Assembly (NCBI GenBank): GCA_028534125.1
Contig: CM052817.1
Coordinates: 60,204,001 to 60,268,000 of the forward strand
DNA length: 64,000 nt
Direction of reading: 5' to 3'
Origin: Lama glama
Taxonomy: Eukaryota
Shown: positions 24,875 through 37,363 of the stretch, one piece after another
Numbering within the stretch: position 1 is the stretch's first letter
How the letters are laid out: every line of letters starts with the position of its first letter
The notes under the pieces: model-generated
Seen by the model: the letters and a program-made list of their open reading frames with translations, nothing else
Database searches by the model: none
What the model was told of the DNA's origin: nothing
Program-made: the position numbers and the translations under genes

Positions 24875-27800
24875 TCATATGGTAAGAGTAGGTTTTGTTT
24901 TGTAAGAAACTACCGAAGTGTCTTTAGAGGTGGCTGTACTATTTTAAATTCCCACCAGCAATGAATGAGAGTTCCTCTTGCTCTACATCCTCACCAGCAT
25001 TTGGTGTTGTCAGTGTTCTGAGTTTTGGCCATTCTAATAGGTGTGCAGTGACATCTCATTATTTTAATTTGCATTTCTCTGATGGTGAAAGGTCATATGT
25101 TTATTTACTATTTGTATATCTTCTTTGGTGAGGTGTCTGTTGTCTTTGGACATTTTTTGGTCAGATTGTTTGTTTTCTTAAATTGTTGAGTTTTAATAGT
25201 TTGTTGTGTATCTTGGATAAAAGTCCTTTATCAGATATGTCTTTGCAAATATTTTCTCCAAGACTGTGACTTTTCTCCATAGCCAAGATCATATAGATTC
25301 TTTTTCCTGTGTCATCTTCTAGGAGTTTCATAGCTTTGCATTTTATATTTAGGTCTGTGACTGATTTGAGTTAATTTTTGTGAAAGATGTTAGGTCTTTG
25401 TGTAGGTTTATTATTTTTTGGCATGTTTATGTCCAGTAGTTTCAGCACTGTTTGTTGAAAAGATAGTGCATTGCTCCATTGTATTGCCTTTGTTCCTTTG
25501 TCAAGGATCAGTTCACTGTATTTATGTGAGTCTATTTCTTAGCTCTCTATTCTGTTACATTGATCAATTTTCCATTTTTTCACCAATACCACACAGTCTT
25601 TATTTCTGAAGGTTTATAATACATCTGAAAGTAGGTAACATCAGTCCTCAAACTTTGTTCTTCTCTTTCAATATTTTGTTGACTATTCATGGTCTTTTGC
25701 CTCTCTATATACACTTTAGAATCAGGTTTTTGATAATCAGAATATAACTTACTGGGATTTTGATTGGGATTGCATCGAATCTTTAGATCAAAGTGGGAGG
25801 AACTGACATCTTGACAATAGAATCTTTATATCCACCAACATGGATATTATTTAGTTCTTCTTTGACTTCTTTCATCAGATTTTCCTCACTTAGAGGTACA
25901 TATTTTGTTAGATTTATACCTAAGTATTTCATTTTGGAAGGTGCTGATTTTAATGGTACTGTATTATTAATTTCAAATTTCAGTTGTTCATTGCAGGTAT
26001 ATGAGAACATAATTGATTTCCACATAGCAATCTTTTACCCTGCAATATTGCTGTAATCACTTACAACGTCAGACTTTTTGGGTTGATTCTTTGTGATTTT
26101 TCTATATAGATGATTATATTATCTGCCAGCAAAGAGCTTTATGTCTTTCTTCCCAGTCTGTATGTTTCATTCTCTTTCCTATCTTATTGTGCTAGCTATA
26201 ACTTCCAATAATACAGTGTTGAACATGACTGGTGAGACAGGACATCCTTGCCTTGTACCTGATCTTAGTGGGAAGGCGTCAAGTTTCTCACCATTAAATA
26301 TGATGCTAACTGTGGGGTTTTTTTGGTAGATATTTATCAAGTTGAGGATGTTCTCTTGTATTCCTTGTTTACTGAGAGTTTTTACCATGAATGAATGTTA
26401 GACTTTGTCAAATGCTTTTTTTCTGTATCTAGTGATATGATGGTGCCATTTTTTCTTTTTTAGTCTGTTGATGTCCTGGATTACATTAATTGATTGAATG
26501 GTGACTCTGCTTTGCATAATTGGCATAAATGCTACTTGATCTTAGTGTATAATTCTTTTGTACATTATTGGATTTAATTTTCTAATATCTTGTTGGGAAT
26601 TTCTGAATCTATGTTCATGAGAGATACTGGTCTGAAGTTTTCTTATAATAACTTTGTCTAGTTTTAGTATTAGGATAAATCTGGCCTCAAAGAATGAGTT
26701 TGGAAGCGTTTCTTCTCCTGATCTTCTGAAAGAGATTGTAGAAATTTGATATAAATTCTTTTTTAACTGCTTGATGGAATTCATCAGTGAACCCATCTGG
26801 GCCTGGTGCTTTCTGTTTGGAGGTTATTAATTACTAATTCAATTTCTTTCATAGCTATAGGCCTATTCATATTGTCTCTTTATTCTTGTGTAAATTTCAG
26901 CAAAATTTTGTCTTTTAAGGAATTGAACCATCATCTGGTTATCCAGTTTATGGGCATAGAGTTAATATAGCTTGACATAGTATTCCTTTTTTTTTTTAAC
27001 ATCTATGGAATCTATAGAAATGTCCTTCTCTGCTTTCATTTTTGATATTAGTAATTTGTGTCTTCTTTCACTTTTTATTACTTTTCATACTTAGAGGTAT
27101 CAATTTTATAATTTCTTCAAAGAACCAATTTTTGGTTTGTTGATTAAATTTTGTTGAGTTCTCCTCCAATTCTTATTATTTCTTTTCTTCTGCTTACTTT
27201 GGACTTAATTTGCTCTCTGTTTCTACTTGCCTAAGGTAGAAACTTAGGTTACTGATTTTAGATCTTTTTTTATAATAACATATAGTAAATGTTATAAATT
27301 TTCCTCTAAGTAATGCTTTTGCTGTTCATGTAAATTTTGGAAAGTTGTGTTTTTATTTTGTTTATTTCAAACTATTTAAATTTTCTCTTAAAATTTCTTT
27401 TTTGATCCATGTGGCATTTAAAGATGTGTCATTTAATCTCCACATATTTTGAGATTTTCCAGTTTTCTCCCTGTTATTGGTTTCTAGTTTAATTCCATTG
27501 TGTTCTGAGAGAAGACATTGTATGATTTCTGTTCTTTTAAGTTTACTGAAGTATGCTTTATGACTCCTAAAGAGAGAATGTGATATATCTTGGACTATTT
27601 CCCTGTGAGCTTGAGAAAGATGTATTTTTCTATGGTTGAATGAAGAAGTCCATATAGGTGAATTATATCCAGTTAATTCATGGTGTTGTTGAGTTCAACT
27701 TTGTCCTTACTGGTTTTCTGTCTGCTGGATTTGTATATTCTGTTGATGGTTTTTTCTCTCAACACCTTAAATGTTACTACCCTCTGCTATTCTCATTTGT

Positions 27801-28612
27801 ATCATTTCTGAAGAAAAGTTGGACGTAATTCTCATATTTTTCCCTCTGTAGTTGGGTGTTTTTTCCTCTGGCCTCTTTCAGAATTTTTTCTTTATCTTTG
27901 ATTTTCTACAACTCAAAAATGATATGCCTGGATGTAGTGTATTTGATTTATCCTTTCTGTTGTCACGGATCTGTGGTTTGGTGTCTGACATTAATTTGGG
28001 GGAAATTCTCAGTTATTATTTTTTCAAATACTTATTCTGTTCCTGTCTCTCTTTCTTTTCGTAGTATTCCCATTACATGTGTGTTGCACCCTTTGTATTT
28101 GTCCTATAGTCCTGTGATAATCTGTTTTTTTTTTCCAGTTTTTGTTCTTCTACTTACAGTTTTTGAGGATTCTATTAATATACCCTGTAGCTCAGGCAGT
28201 TTTTTTCCCAGCCTTATCAAATCTATTAATAAGCCCACCAAAGGCATTCTTCATTTCTGTTACAGTATTTTTTTTTTCTCTAGCATTTCATTTTGGATTA
28301 GAATCTTAGGATTTCCATTTCTTTGCTTACATTGCCTGTCTATTCTTGCATATTATCTACATTATCCATTAAACCCCTTAACTTATTAGTCATAGTTGTT
28401 TTAAAACTCAGTAGAACAATTTCAGTATCCCTGCCATGTCTGCATCTGATGCCAGTTATCCTGCTTTGAATTGTGTTTTATGCCTTTTTTAATACCTTGT
28501 CATTTTTTTCTTGATAGTTAGACATGATGTACTGGGTAAAAAGAACTGCTGTAAATAGACTTTTACTTAGGTAGTGGTGAGGTGTAGGGGGAAGGAGAAT
28601 TGTTCTATAGTT
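24875..28612 (-). mobile_element. Large degenerate LINE-1 (L1MC-like): ORF2 running into the ORF1/5' region, apparent internal deletion near 27740
   Basis: Minus ORFs carry RT-domain motifs NGEKLDAFPLRSGTRQGCPVSP (26179-26388), KMKYLGINLTKYV (25783-26025) and EETLPNSFFEA (26542-26796). Confidence 0.92.
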
Positions 28613-28613
28613 C

Positions 28614-29690
28614 TTTTTTTTCCCCAATAAATTGCTTATCCTTTTATTTGTTTATTTTTTTGTAGTATGCAACTAAATGGTTTTTTTGTTTGTTTGGATT
28701 TTGTTTGTTTGTTTTTATGTTATTTTTGTTCTATTGAAGTATAGTCATTGTGTCAATTTCTGGTGTATAGCATACTGTTCCAGTCATGCATATACATACA
28801 TATATTCATTTTCATATTCTTTTTTACTAAAGTTTTTTACAAGATGTTGAATATAGTTCCATGTGCTATACAGAAGAAATTTTTTTTAATTTTTTTATAT
28901 AGTGGTTACCTTTTGCAAATCTCAAACTTCCAAACTTATTTCTTCCCACCTCCTTTCCTCTAGTAACCATAAAATTGTTAGTATGTCTGTGAGTCTGTTT
29001 CTGTTTTGTAGATGAGTTCATTAGTGTCCTCTTTTTCCTTTTTTTTTTTTTTTTTAGATTCCACATATGAGTAATATCATATGTTATTTTTCCTGCTCTT
29101 TCTGGCTTATGTCACTTAGAATGATGATCCTTAGGTCCATGCATGTTGCTGCAAATGGTGTTATTTTATTCTTTTTTATGGATGAGTAGTATTCTATTAT
29201 ATAAATATACCACAACCTCTTTGTCTAGTCATATGTTGATGGACATTTAGGTTACTTCCATGTCTTGGCTATTGTATATAGTGTTGCTATGAACATTAGG
29301 GTGCATGTATCTTTTCAAATTAGAGTTCCCTCCAGATATATGTCCAGGAGTGGGATTGCTATGGTAAATCTGTTTTTAGTTTTTTGAGGAATCTCCATGT
29401 TTTCCATAATGGCTGCACCAAACTACATTCCTACTGGTGGTGTAGTTGGGTTCCCTTTCTCCACACCCTCTCCAGCATTTATCGTTTATAGACTTTTGAA
29501 TGATGGCCATTCTGACTGGTGTGAGGTGATATACCTCATTGTAGTTTTGATTTGCATTTCTCTGATAATTAGTGATATTGAGCATTTTTTTTTCATGTGC
29601 CTATTGGCCATTTGTATGTCTTCATTGGAGAATGACTTGTTTAGGCCTTCTGCCCATTTTTGGATTGGGTTGTTTGTGTTTTTTGCTATT
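28614..29690 (-). mobile_element. Younger lineage-specific LINE-1, 5'-truncated, nested in the older L1
   Basis: Poly(T) tail then attgaagtatagtc...tgtgtcaatttctggtgta 3'UTR; minus ORF with [27 protein letters not shown]; much less diverged than the host L1. Confidence 0.88.
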
Positions 29691-30320
29691 AGGTCTCAGT
29701 GTTTTCTTGAACCTATGCTTCTGGACTGTGAACCTCAGAAGACTTGGGTTTTTTACTACCTCCTTAGGTGGGACAATGGGCTGAAATTGGGTATTTTCCT
29801 TCTACCAGTTCAGTTAAGCCCTGGTAATACCCCAGGAAATTAGGCTCTGATTAATTAGTTTCCCCTGAGGACAGGCCTTGTTAAGAAAACAGTGCTTTGG
29901 CATATTTTAAAATGGTTCTTTTACCTCTTCCTGTTGGAAGCCAAAAGGAATTTTCTGTGAAATTTACTGTGGAAATCTGATTGACCTCCTGGAGGTAAAT
30001 CTCACAATATTGTAGGTGCACCCCTCATAACTGGGTTGCCGTGAAGATTTTAAACTCGTAGAATTGTCCATAATGAGCAATTACAATTCAAGTCTTCCTG
30101 TGATTCCTGTTTGTTTCCACTTGTGAGTCTCTCCTCCGATAGACCATGACTCCCTATAGTCACCTGCCTTTCCAATACTGGGGGCAGCTGTTTGTCCTGT
30201 TACATCCCCTTTCCTATAGATCCAAAAAGAGTTGATTTTTCTTTCTTTTTAGCTTTTTACTTTTTTGTTACTATAGCACAGCCAATTCCAAGCTTTTTTA
30301 CATGGGGAACCAGAAACCAC
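29691..30320 (-). mobile_element. 5' portion of the older LINE-1, resuming after the nested insertion
   Basis: aggtctcagt...cctatgcttctggactgtgaacct continues the L1M 5' sequence broken at ttctatagtt (about 28612). Confidence 0.6.
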
Positions 30321-33300
30321 AAAATTCCTGTGTAGATTTTTCAATAAATAAAAATCATAGTTACCTGTTTTATATGTATTATTCATTGAATATAAAATTA
30401 TACTTGAATGAATTGCTTTCAAGTCACACATCTAAGCACATATATCATTTAGTTAATCCTTTGGTACTTTATTTTTCAGTTTATAGTTAAGTACTCACTG
30501 TTCCTATTGAATTTTCTCCACATACCTATTTTAAGAACAATTTACTAAATTCAAGAATAAATGGAGATGAACGAAAAAAAACTGACCTTGCTTTCTTTTG
30601 TGTAGTAAGGTAGTTTTCAAGGTAAAAATACTAGAACTGCTCTTACTCTCACAAAATAACATTAAATCTAAGTATGTGATCTAGAATTAAGAAGTTATTT
30701 GTATATGAATGTATATTTTAAGCAAATACATATATATTTAAGTAATATATCTTTTCTGATAGTGTATATTTAAATGTAATAATCTTGATTGGGAATGTTG
30801 TTAATGACAAACATCTGCAAACAGTTCTCATGAGCTTAAAAAGGGAAATGAGAGTTATAGATAAAGCTGTTTTCAATATATTTGGAAATTTGCTGGCAAC
30901 TAAAAATGTATTTGATATTGATATTAACCATAGTAGTATCAGTAAGTGAAAAAAATGACAGCTACTTTATGATTATGTTTTTTTCTCTGATCCACCTAAC
31001 TAAACATTGGTGTCAACATTATTTCCCTTATGAACATTGTTAAATGCATATGATTCAGGTGGATAACTATGAGTGATCTGTGAAGCTCTAGAAAATATTT
31101 TTTGTGATATTACATATAAGAGAGTATTTTTTCTGTGAATCTCTCGATGGATCAGTAGCTTCTGAAAACAAGTCATCTGGTATTTATAAACAAGTTGTCT
31201 TCTCATTGTATCTTTCATGTACAGAAACACATTTCTTGATGATCACTATCTGAAAGCTCTCTGTATTGTTGAGTTCAACTGCCATTGAATTAATATTTTC
31301 TCTAGAAGCCTATGTAATGGTTCTTCAGCGTACGAGGATGAAATGGCCAACACAAACATACAGGTCCTGTTCCATTTTTCAAGAGCTATGATTTTAAGAT
31401 ATTCTTCTTTTTGTTTCAGTGTCTACTGTTCTGTGCCCTTCCTATCTATTTGTCTAATGCTGTACCCAGAATCACACCAACAGCCAATACATACAGTCTC
31501 TTAATATATGTAATACAATACAATATGGTTTTTCCTTCCATCTCCACTGGGGAATTTTCTCATAGTTAGACTAAATCATCTCCAGTTATGCAATTCTAAC
31601 TTACTTTCTAGGCCATTAGCATACTATTTGCCTTATCTGTATTCCTTCCAATTTGTTAATATCCCCTCTTAAAAAGACAATGACAGTGGCCCCAAATACT
31701 TCTGATATGCCATAGATTTCCTTGATATAATACATTATATTTACATAATACAAGTTATGTTTTTCATAGTATTTTTTGACAGTTGAATTGATACACTTCT
31801 GCATGTAAGCAATTGCACAGCCTTGGAAATTTCTTTACTTCCCAGAAGGAGTAAGGACCGCAAGAACTGAAGAAGTGAGCTGAGAACCTCCAAGTATACT
31901 GTCCATGCCCAATTAATAAATGTCTTTTCACTACCTGATCCTCAAAATACAACTTCTTCCTCTTCCTCTGCCATTTTTCTACACATAATGAGAATAGTAC
32001 CCTTGAGACACAGAGATCTTACAACACGGCTATAATTAGTCAAGTGAGTCAGAGAGCAGAAGGGGTGAATAGAGCATCAGGAGAAAAGCGATAGGATTTA
32101 CAAAATCTAAAATTTAGTGTTAAATACATCTTTGATAGTATTCTTTTACTACTAACTGTGTAGACTTGCTTCAGTCATTCAACCTCTTGAGACTATTTAC
32201 TGCTCAATAAAATATTTTATTACTTATAAAGAATACATTTTAGAGGAATATTTAATGAGAATTTATAATAGATACCCCACAAGTCTTATTGCTTCCATAT
32301 ATTTTCTTATCCTTGAGATAAGTGGGGATAGAAGTTTTACATTCTTTTTACCTAGGGAACTACTTTAATGATATTCTGCAAAAATCATTAGGAACTGTTG
32401 TATCATAGTCAGTATTGTACAGCAGTGGATGTTGTATGAGAAATACTTTAATCCACTACTGTCACAATTTTAAAGAAAGTCAATTTCATACATGTAACTC
32501 ATACTGTCAGAAAATTATCCCTTTCTCTTTTCAAAGAAAATATCAAAGCCTGTAAAGTAGTGAAGACGTTACAAATTCTATCACTTAACTGTATCATTTT
32601 TAATTTTTATTAATTCTCATTATTTTTCTTGTATGTTTTATTACAGGTTTTTTTCTGTATTTCTTTAAATGAAATTACTGGACAATAATATTTTGTGAGA
32701 TAAAAATCTACACACTATTTTTTCTTTATTATCAGATCAATACTGACTAGACCGAATTGAAGAATATCACATATACAAAACTTACTTGCATAGTAACACT
32801 CTGAACTTTTACAGAAATTTTATTTTATAATTCCTTAGAATATTAAACAATTTATTAGATGGCTGTGACATTGTACATGAGCCATAAATAAACTCTACTT
32901 CTATCACTTTACATTTTCTCCTCTGTATTTTTCCTAATGTCTTACAGAGTATCAAATATACTTCATCTGCTTCTCTCTACATTGAATGTACCTGTTTCTT
33001 ATTTCAGAATGGCTTTTATTTTACATTAGCCAAAAAAAAAAAAGTTGAAAAGATAAAACTGAACTATTGCTCCATGATTTCAACAATGAAAACAAAAAAG
33101 TATGGATGTGTACAAATACTAGGGTGCATACACAGAAAGGATAACAACCCTTTAGAATATTACATTACAAGGAGTTGTTTTTAATATAAACTTACAAATT
33201 ATTTTCATTTGTATATAAAATAAATTTATTCTAGGCACTTCTAGCATACAGAAAATGAAATGGTAAGAGACTTATTTATATGCTGTGATAGTGATTGTAT

Positions 33301-33462
33301 TCAAAACATAATCTACCTGATTTCATAACTTCTAATCTTTCCATTTAGCATATATCCTTTATCTTGGAGATACAGGAACAGTACAAAGGCTTCCCTAAAG
33401 AGACATGGTTACTTCTCATTGTGCTGACCATGTCAGATTATATTGTTTTAAAAACTTTTTAT

Positions 33463-33585
33463 TAACTTATGGTGAAAAGGAATATGAAGGTGAATATATG
33501 TATGTTCATGTATGACTAAAACATTGTGCTGCACATCAGAAATTGATACAACATTGTAAACTGCCTATGTTTCAATAAAAAAAAT
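33463..33585 (+). mobile_element. Short 5'-truncated lineage-specific L1 3' end
   Basis: gaaaaggaatatga...tatgttcatgtatgact...agaaattgatacaacattgtaaactgcctatgtttcaataaaaaaaa; same family as the reverse copies at 28731 and 37200. Confidence 0.85.
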
Positions 33586-34175
33586 ATAACTTTAAATTTC
33601 AGATTACTTCTTGGACTAAAAAGTTTAAAAATAATTTTATTTGAGTATTTTTTAATTATTGAGAAAGCTCTCATTTCAAAAGACCATTAAAAGTAAATTT
33701 TATAAAGTTATTTTGAAATATTACATTGAGATATCCAAGTAGTTTCAGTACTTAAAAAATGAAATAAATCTTAGAAATTTAGAGTTGGAATGTTCCTGGA
33801 AACAATTTACCTTGGTCCTCCAGTTGTCTCAGGATAATATACTAAGAAGTTAAACCATTTTCACTGAGATCTGTAGAGAGTCATGTGAAGGATTAAATAA
33901 ACTAAAGCCAAATGTTTTTGTTTATTCTATTTTCATAATTTAATGTGGCAATGAAATGTTACTTGCAGTACACTAGTAATCATTTAGGACCTACAATTTT
34001 CTGATATTAGTTGGACTTTAACACCCACCATCTTAATGATTACTTCAATTAAAAAGAAATTGTTGGTCCCTATAGGTGTTTCCAAGCTGTGTGAAAAACA
34101 AGGATGTCTTGTTCTTTAAAAGTCTTTTTTGATCTATAATATATTGTTTTGGGAGAGGCCCTGGAGCCCCACCGG

Positions 34176-34415
34176 AAGAGCAGTGCAGTGCTTGGGAACA
34201 GAGAGTGTACCACGAAGACACCAAGGTTTAAATCCTGGCTCTACTACTTGCCAATTTGGCAAGTTATTTCAGTTTCTTACAGCCTCAGTTTTTTTATATG
34301 TAAAATGTACATAGCAATTGAATCTACTTCACAAAGTAATATGAATAATTTATTCTATATAAAACTTAGAGAACAGTGCCTGGCATGTGGTAAGCACTAT
34401 GTCCATGCTTGTCAT
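34176..34415 (+). mobile_element. Near full-length MIR
   Basis: ggtttaaatcctggctctactact...gcaagttattt...agcctcagttttttt...tgtaaaatg...agaacagtgcctggcatgtggtaagcact. Confidence 0.85.
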
Positions 34416-35171
34416 AATCATTCTATGTGTGGGGACAGAATTGAACACTAGGGTCTGGGCCCATGGTTCTTTAGCTTCCTTTGAAAATTATGTCATTAGC
34501 AGGGCATAGCACTTGCTAATAGCACAACACTAAAAGGATTAGGAGGGTTTAGAAAAGAGGTTAGCATATCCTGGTCATGGCTTGTGTGTATATGGGTTTT
34601 AAAAATATACATAGTCTCTGTTCTCTCTGGAGTGAAATGGAATGAGACCTGTATTCTCCTCTATGTGCGTTTGGTTTCTCACTTTCTGCACCTCTCAACT
34701 CTTCTATTTCATGCCACCTACCTCATCCTGGATCTAGCAAAGGCAATTTCAAAAAGAAAAGCTGAAAGTCACAAAATGTTATGATTAATAGCTGTTCCTA
34801 CTCCCTTTAGACATATAGATGACACATATTTGTGCTTTTCTACATTCACCAGAAAGATTAGAACTGTGGCTAGAATTTTTTAGTTGAAACATACCATTCA
34901 TGAAGCAGAAAATATTGCTGAATATTTGTTTCATAATAAATTTTGTTGATGGCATCACAATTCCAATTTTTTAAACCAGTGAAATTGTACATAGTCATTA
35001 CAGTATCATGTAGACAAACATATTGGTGATGGTAATGGATTTTATTTTGTCACAGTGCTTGACTAATGAAACATTTTTTAAAAAAAATTATTTAGAAGAA
35101 AATTACTATTCTTCAGAATAGTAATTTATTTTCTGAAACATTGAAATTAAATTTCTCTTAAGAAACTTATT

Positions 35172-35489
35172 TCTTTAACCTCTTTATTGGTATAAAACTT
35201 GTGTAATACAGAATTCACTTCTTTGAAGTACATAATTTAATGGTTTTAATTGATTCGCACAAGTGTGCCACCATTGCTACATTCGAATTTTAAACTACTC
35301 TCATCACCCCAGAAAGAAACTCTGTGATCGCTAACAGTCATGCTTTATCTCCCTCAACCCAAGTTCCCCAGCCCTGGGCAGCATCTTAGCTGCTTTCTGT
35401 CTATATAGATTTTCCTGTTCTGCATTTTTCATATAAATGAAACCATACAGTATATGATTTTTGGACTGCTTTTTTTCACTTAGCATGAT
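35172..35489 (-). mobile_element. LINE-1 3' end (L1MB-like)
   Basis: tcatcaccccagaaagaaact...ccccagccctgggcagc...ctttctgtctatatagattttcctgttctg...tcacttagcatgat. Confidence 0.85.
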
Positions 35490-36160
35490 AAAAAACTTCC
35501 GAGATTAAAAAAAATGTTTGTTCTTATGAAGGAAAAACATGTTCTTAAAAAAATATATCAAATGCCATTATGCAAAGAAAACACTTGTTTTTCATTGTTT
35601 GGCCATATCACATTTTGATCATCTTCCGTGTGTTGAGAGTATAAAGCCATATTGGATATAATGACAGTTTTTTATCACACTGAACACTTGATTATTCAAT
35701 CTAGTAGAGGGCAATGGTTTCATAGCTAATGCTCAAGTCTTGTACGTTTGCCTTTGGGATATAATGTGTGTGGTTTTGACAGTGTGTTTGCTTGAATAAC
35801 AATGAAGTAGTATCAAAATTGCCCTGAATTCCCCTAGCATATGCCAACTAGAAGCAGATAGAGATGGATTAGAAGTGTCATGTCAAGCAGAAGTCAGCCT
35901 GAGATTAAAGCCTCATTATAATCCAAAATGTGAACAATCCAACTATAGATTAATAATTTTGACTGCATGTTGTATAAATGCTTTATTAAACAGAAAAACA
36001 CAGACAGTAGCACCAACTTGGCTGGAAATTTTAATCTTGAATTAGTGATAATTAATGATTTTACGGTAATTTTGTAATTAAGAATATTCTTCTTGGGATC
36101 CATGTTATATAATGAGGTCTTTGTGGAACTATCATAAAATTAATTCTTCTAGATGGAATT

Positions 36161-36335
36161 AATAATAATGGTGATGATGATGATGATGATGGTGATGATG
36201 GTACAGCTAACATTTACTGAGTACTTACACGTCCCGGGTACTGCTCTAAAGGGTTTACTACATTCATTAATTTAGTCCTTACCACCATACTGTGAGGCTC
36301 ACAGAGGAGAAAGTATATTGCCTATGGACCCCCCG
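36161..36335 (-). mobile_element. MIR fragment with (GAT)n microsatellite tail
   Basis: (gat)n at about 36172-36200 followed by acagctaacatttactgagtacttac. Confidence 0.7.
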
Positions 36336-37190
36336 CAGGTATTGGTAGATGTACCACTTTTCTTATTTTAATTCTGTACTTTGGCTTTCAATATATTTTT
36401 GACATAGAAAAATTGAATTATTAACAATTATTTTCACCAGTGAAAAGTGCTACTTTTCCTATCATCAGTAGAACTCTATTCCCTTTTGAAAGAAACATGG
36501 GTTTCATGAGGAAAATATCAGAAGAGTGGACAGTTCTATTCCAATAAAGATACTTATTGAAACATAAAATACTTTAAAAAACCTTTTATTGCAGAAAATG
36601 TAATCTCAGTCAGATACTTGTAATCCTGATTTCAATTAAGCCTAGAATTTCAGAGCTAGCAAAAAAAACGTTTCTTAAAATTCTACTCAAATGCTTTCAT
36701 TTTTAGCAGAGTGAGGTTGATTTGAAATCTTTTCTTTTAATGGTTCAGTATTGCTCAATCAAATAGAAAATGTGTGACTAAGAAATATAGTTAACCTTGA
36801 GTTAGAATGCCGTGGAGTGCAGCAGTGTGGTGGCAGCTGAGATTCCACTAACCCACAAAGATGTGGGTCACCGAACACAAATTGTACTTCTTTCAGAGGA
36901 AGATTTTCACACTTAATATGAGTAAATGTTCCCATTCAGTCTATCCTTATTCAATCTCTCGTATCACCAAAACAAAACAGAAGAACATATGTATCTTTTA
37001 ATAAATACCTGATTTATTGTGTGTATATTAATTTAGATATAATGTAGTACATAGTTTAATATTAATTCATGTGTTTTATGATATCTATGAAAATAGAATA
37101 CCTAAAACTAAATTGAAGCTAATTAGCCTATGTAGCCAAGTCGAGCCTATGTCTTTTTGTTCAACATGTAAATATTGAAGTCATATCTTT

Positions 37191-37264
37191 TTTTCCTTCT
37201 TGAAATATAGTCAGTTACAATGTGTCAATTTCTGGTGTACAACATAATGTCCCTGTCGTATGTG

Positions 37265-37305
<41 letters not shown>

Positions 37306-37363
37306 TCCTTTTCATATTCTTTCTCTTTGAAGGTTATTACAAGATACTGAGTATGATTCCCTG
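37191..37363 (-). mobile_element. Short lineage-specific L1 3' end containing (CA)17
   Basis: ttgaaatatagtcagttacaatgtgtcaatttctggtgtac; 16-bp TSD ttgaagtcatatcttt (37175-37190) / ttgaaatcatatcttt (37364-37379); (CA)17 at 37269-37302. Confidence 0.9.

Noticed and set aside
27856..28389. Longest ORF in the window (177 aa, + strand), hydrophobic
   Set aside because: Antisense to LINE-1. The Phe/Leu/Ser-rich composition is the usual artefact of the T-rich L1 reverse strand
29397..29843. 148-aa + strand ORF
   Set aside because: Antisense L1 sequence spanning the junction of two L1 elements
31000..31330. Coding-like texture on the minus strand (possible decayed pseudogene or ancient transposon ORF)
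   Set aside because: The frames I translated are interrupted by stops and match nothing I recognise; only a BLASTx/Dfam search could rescue it
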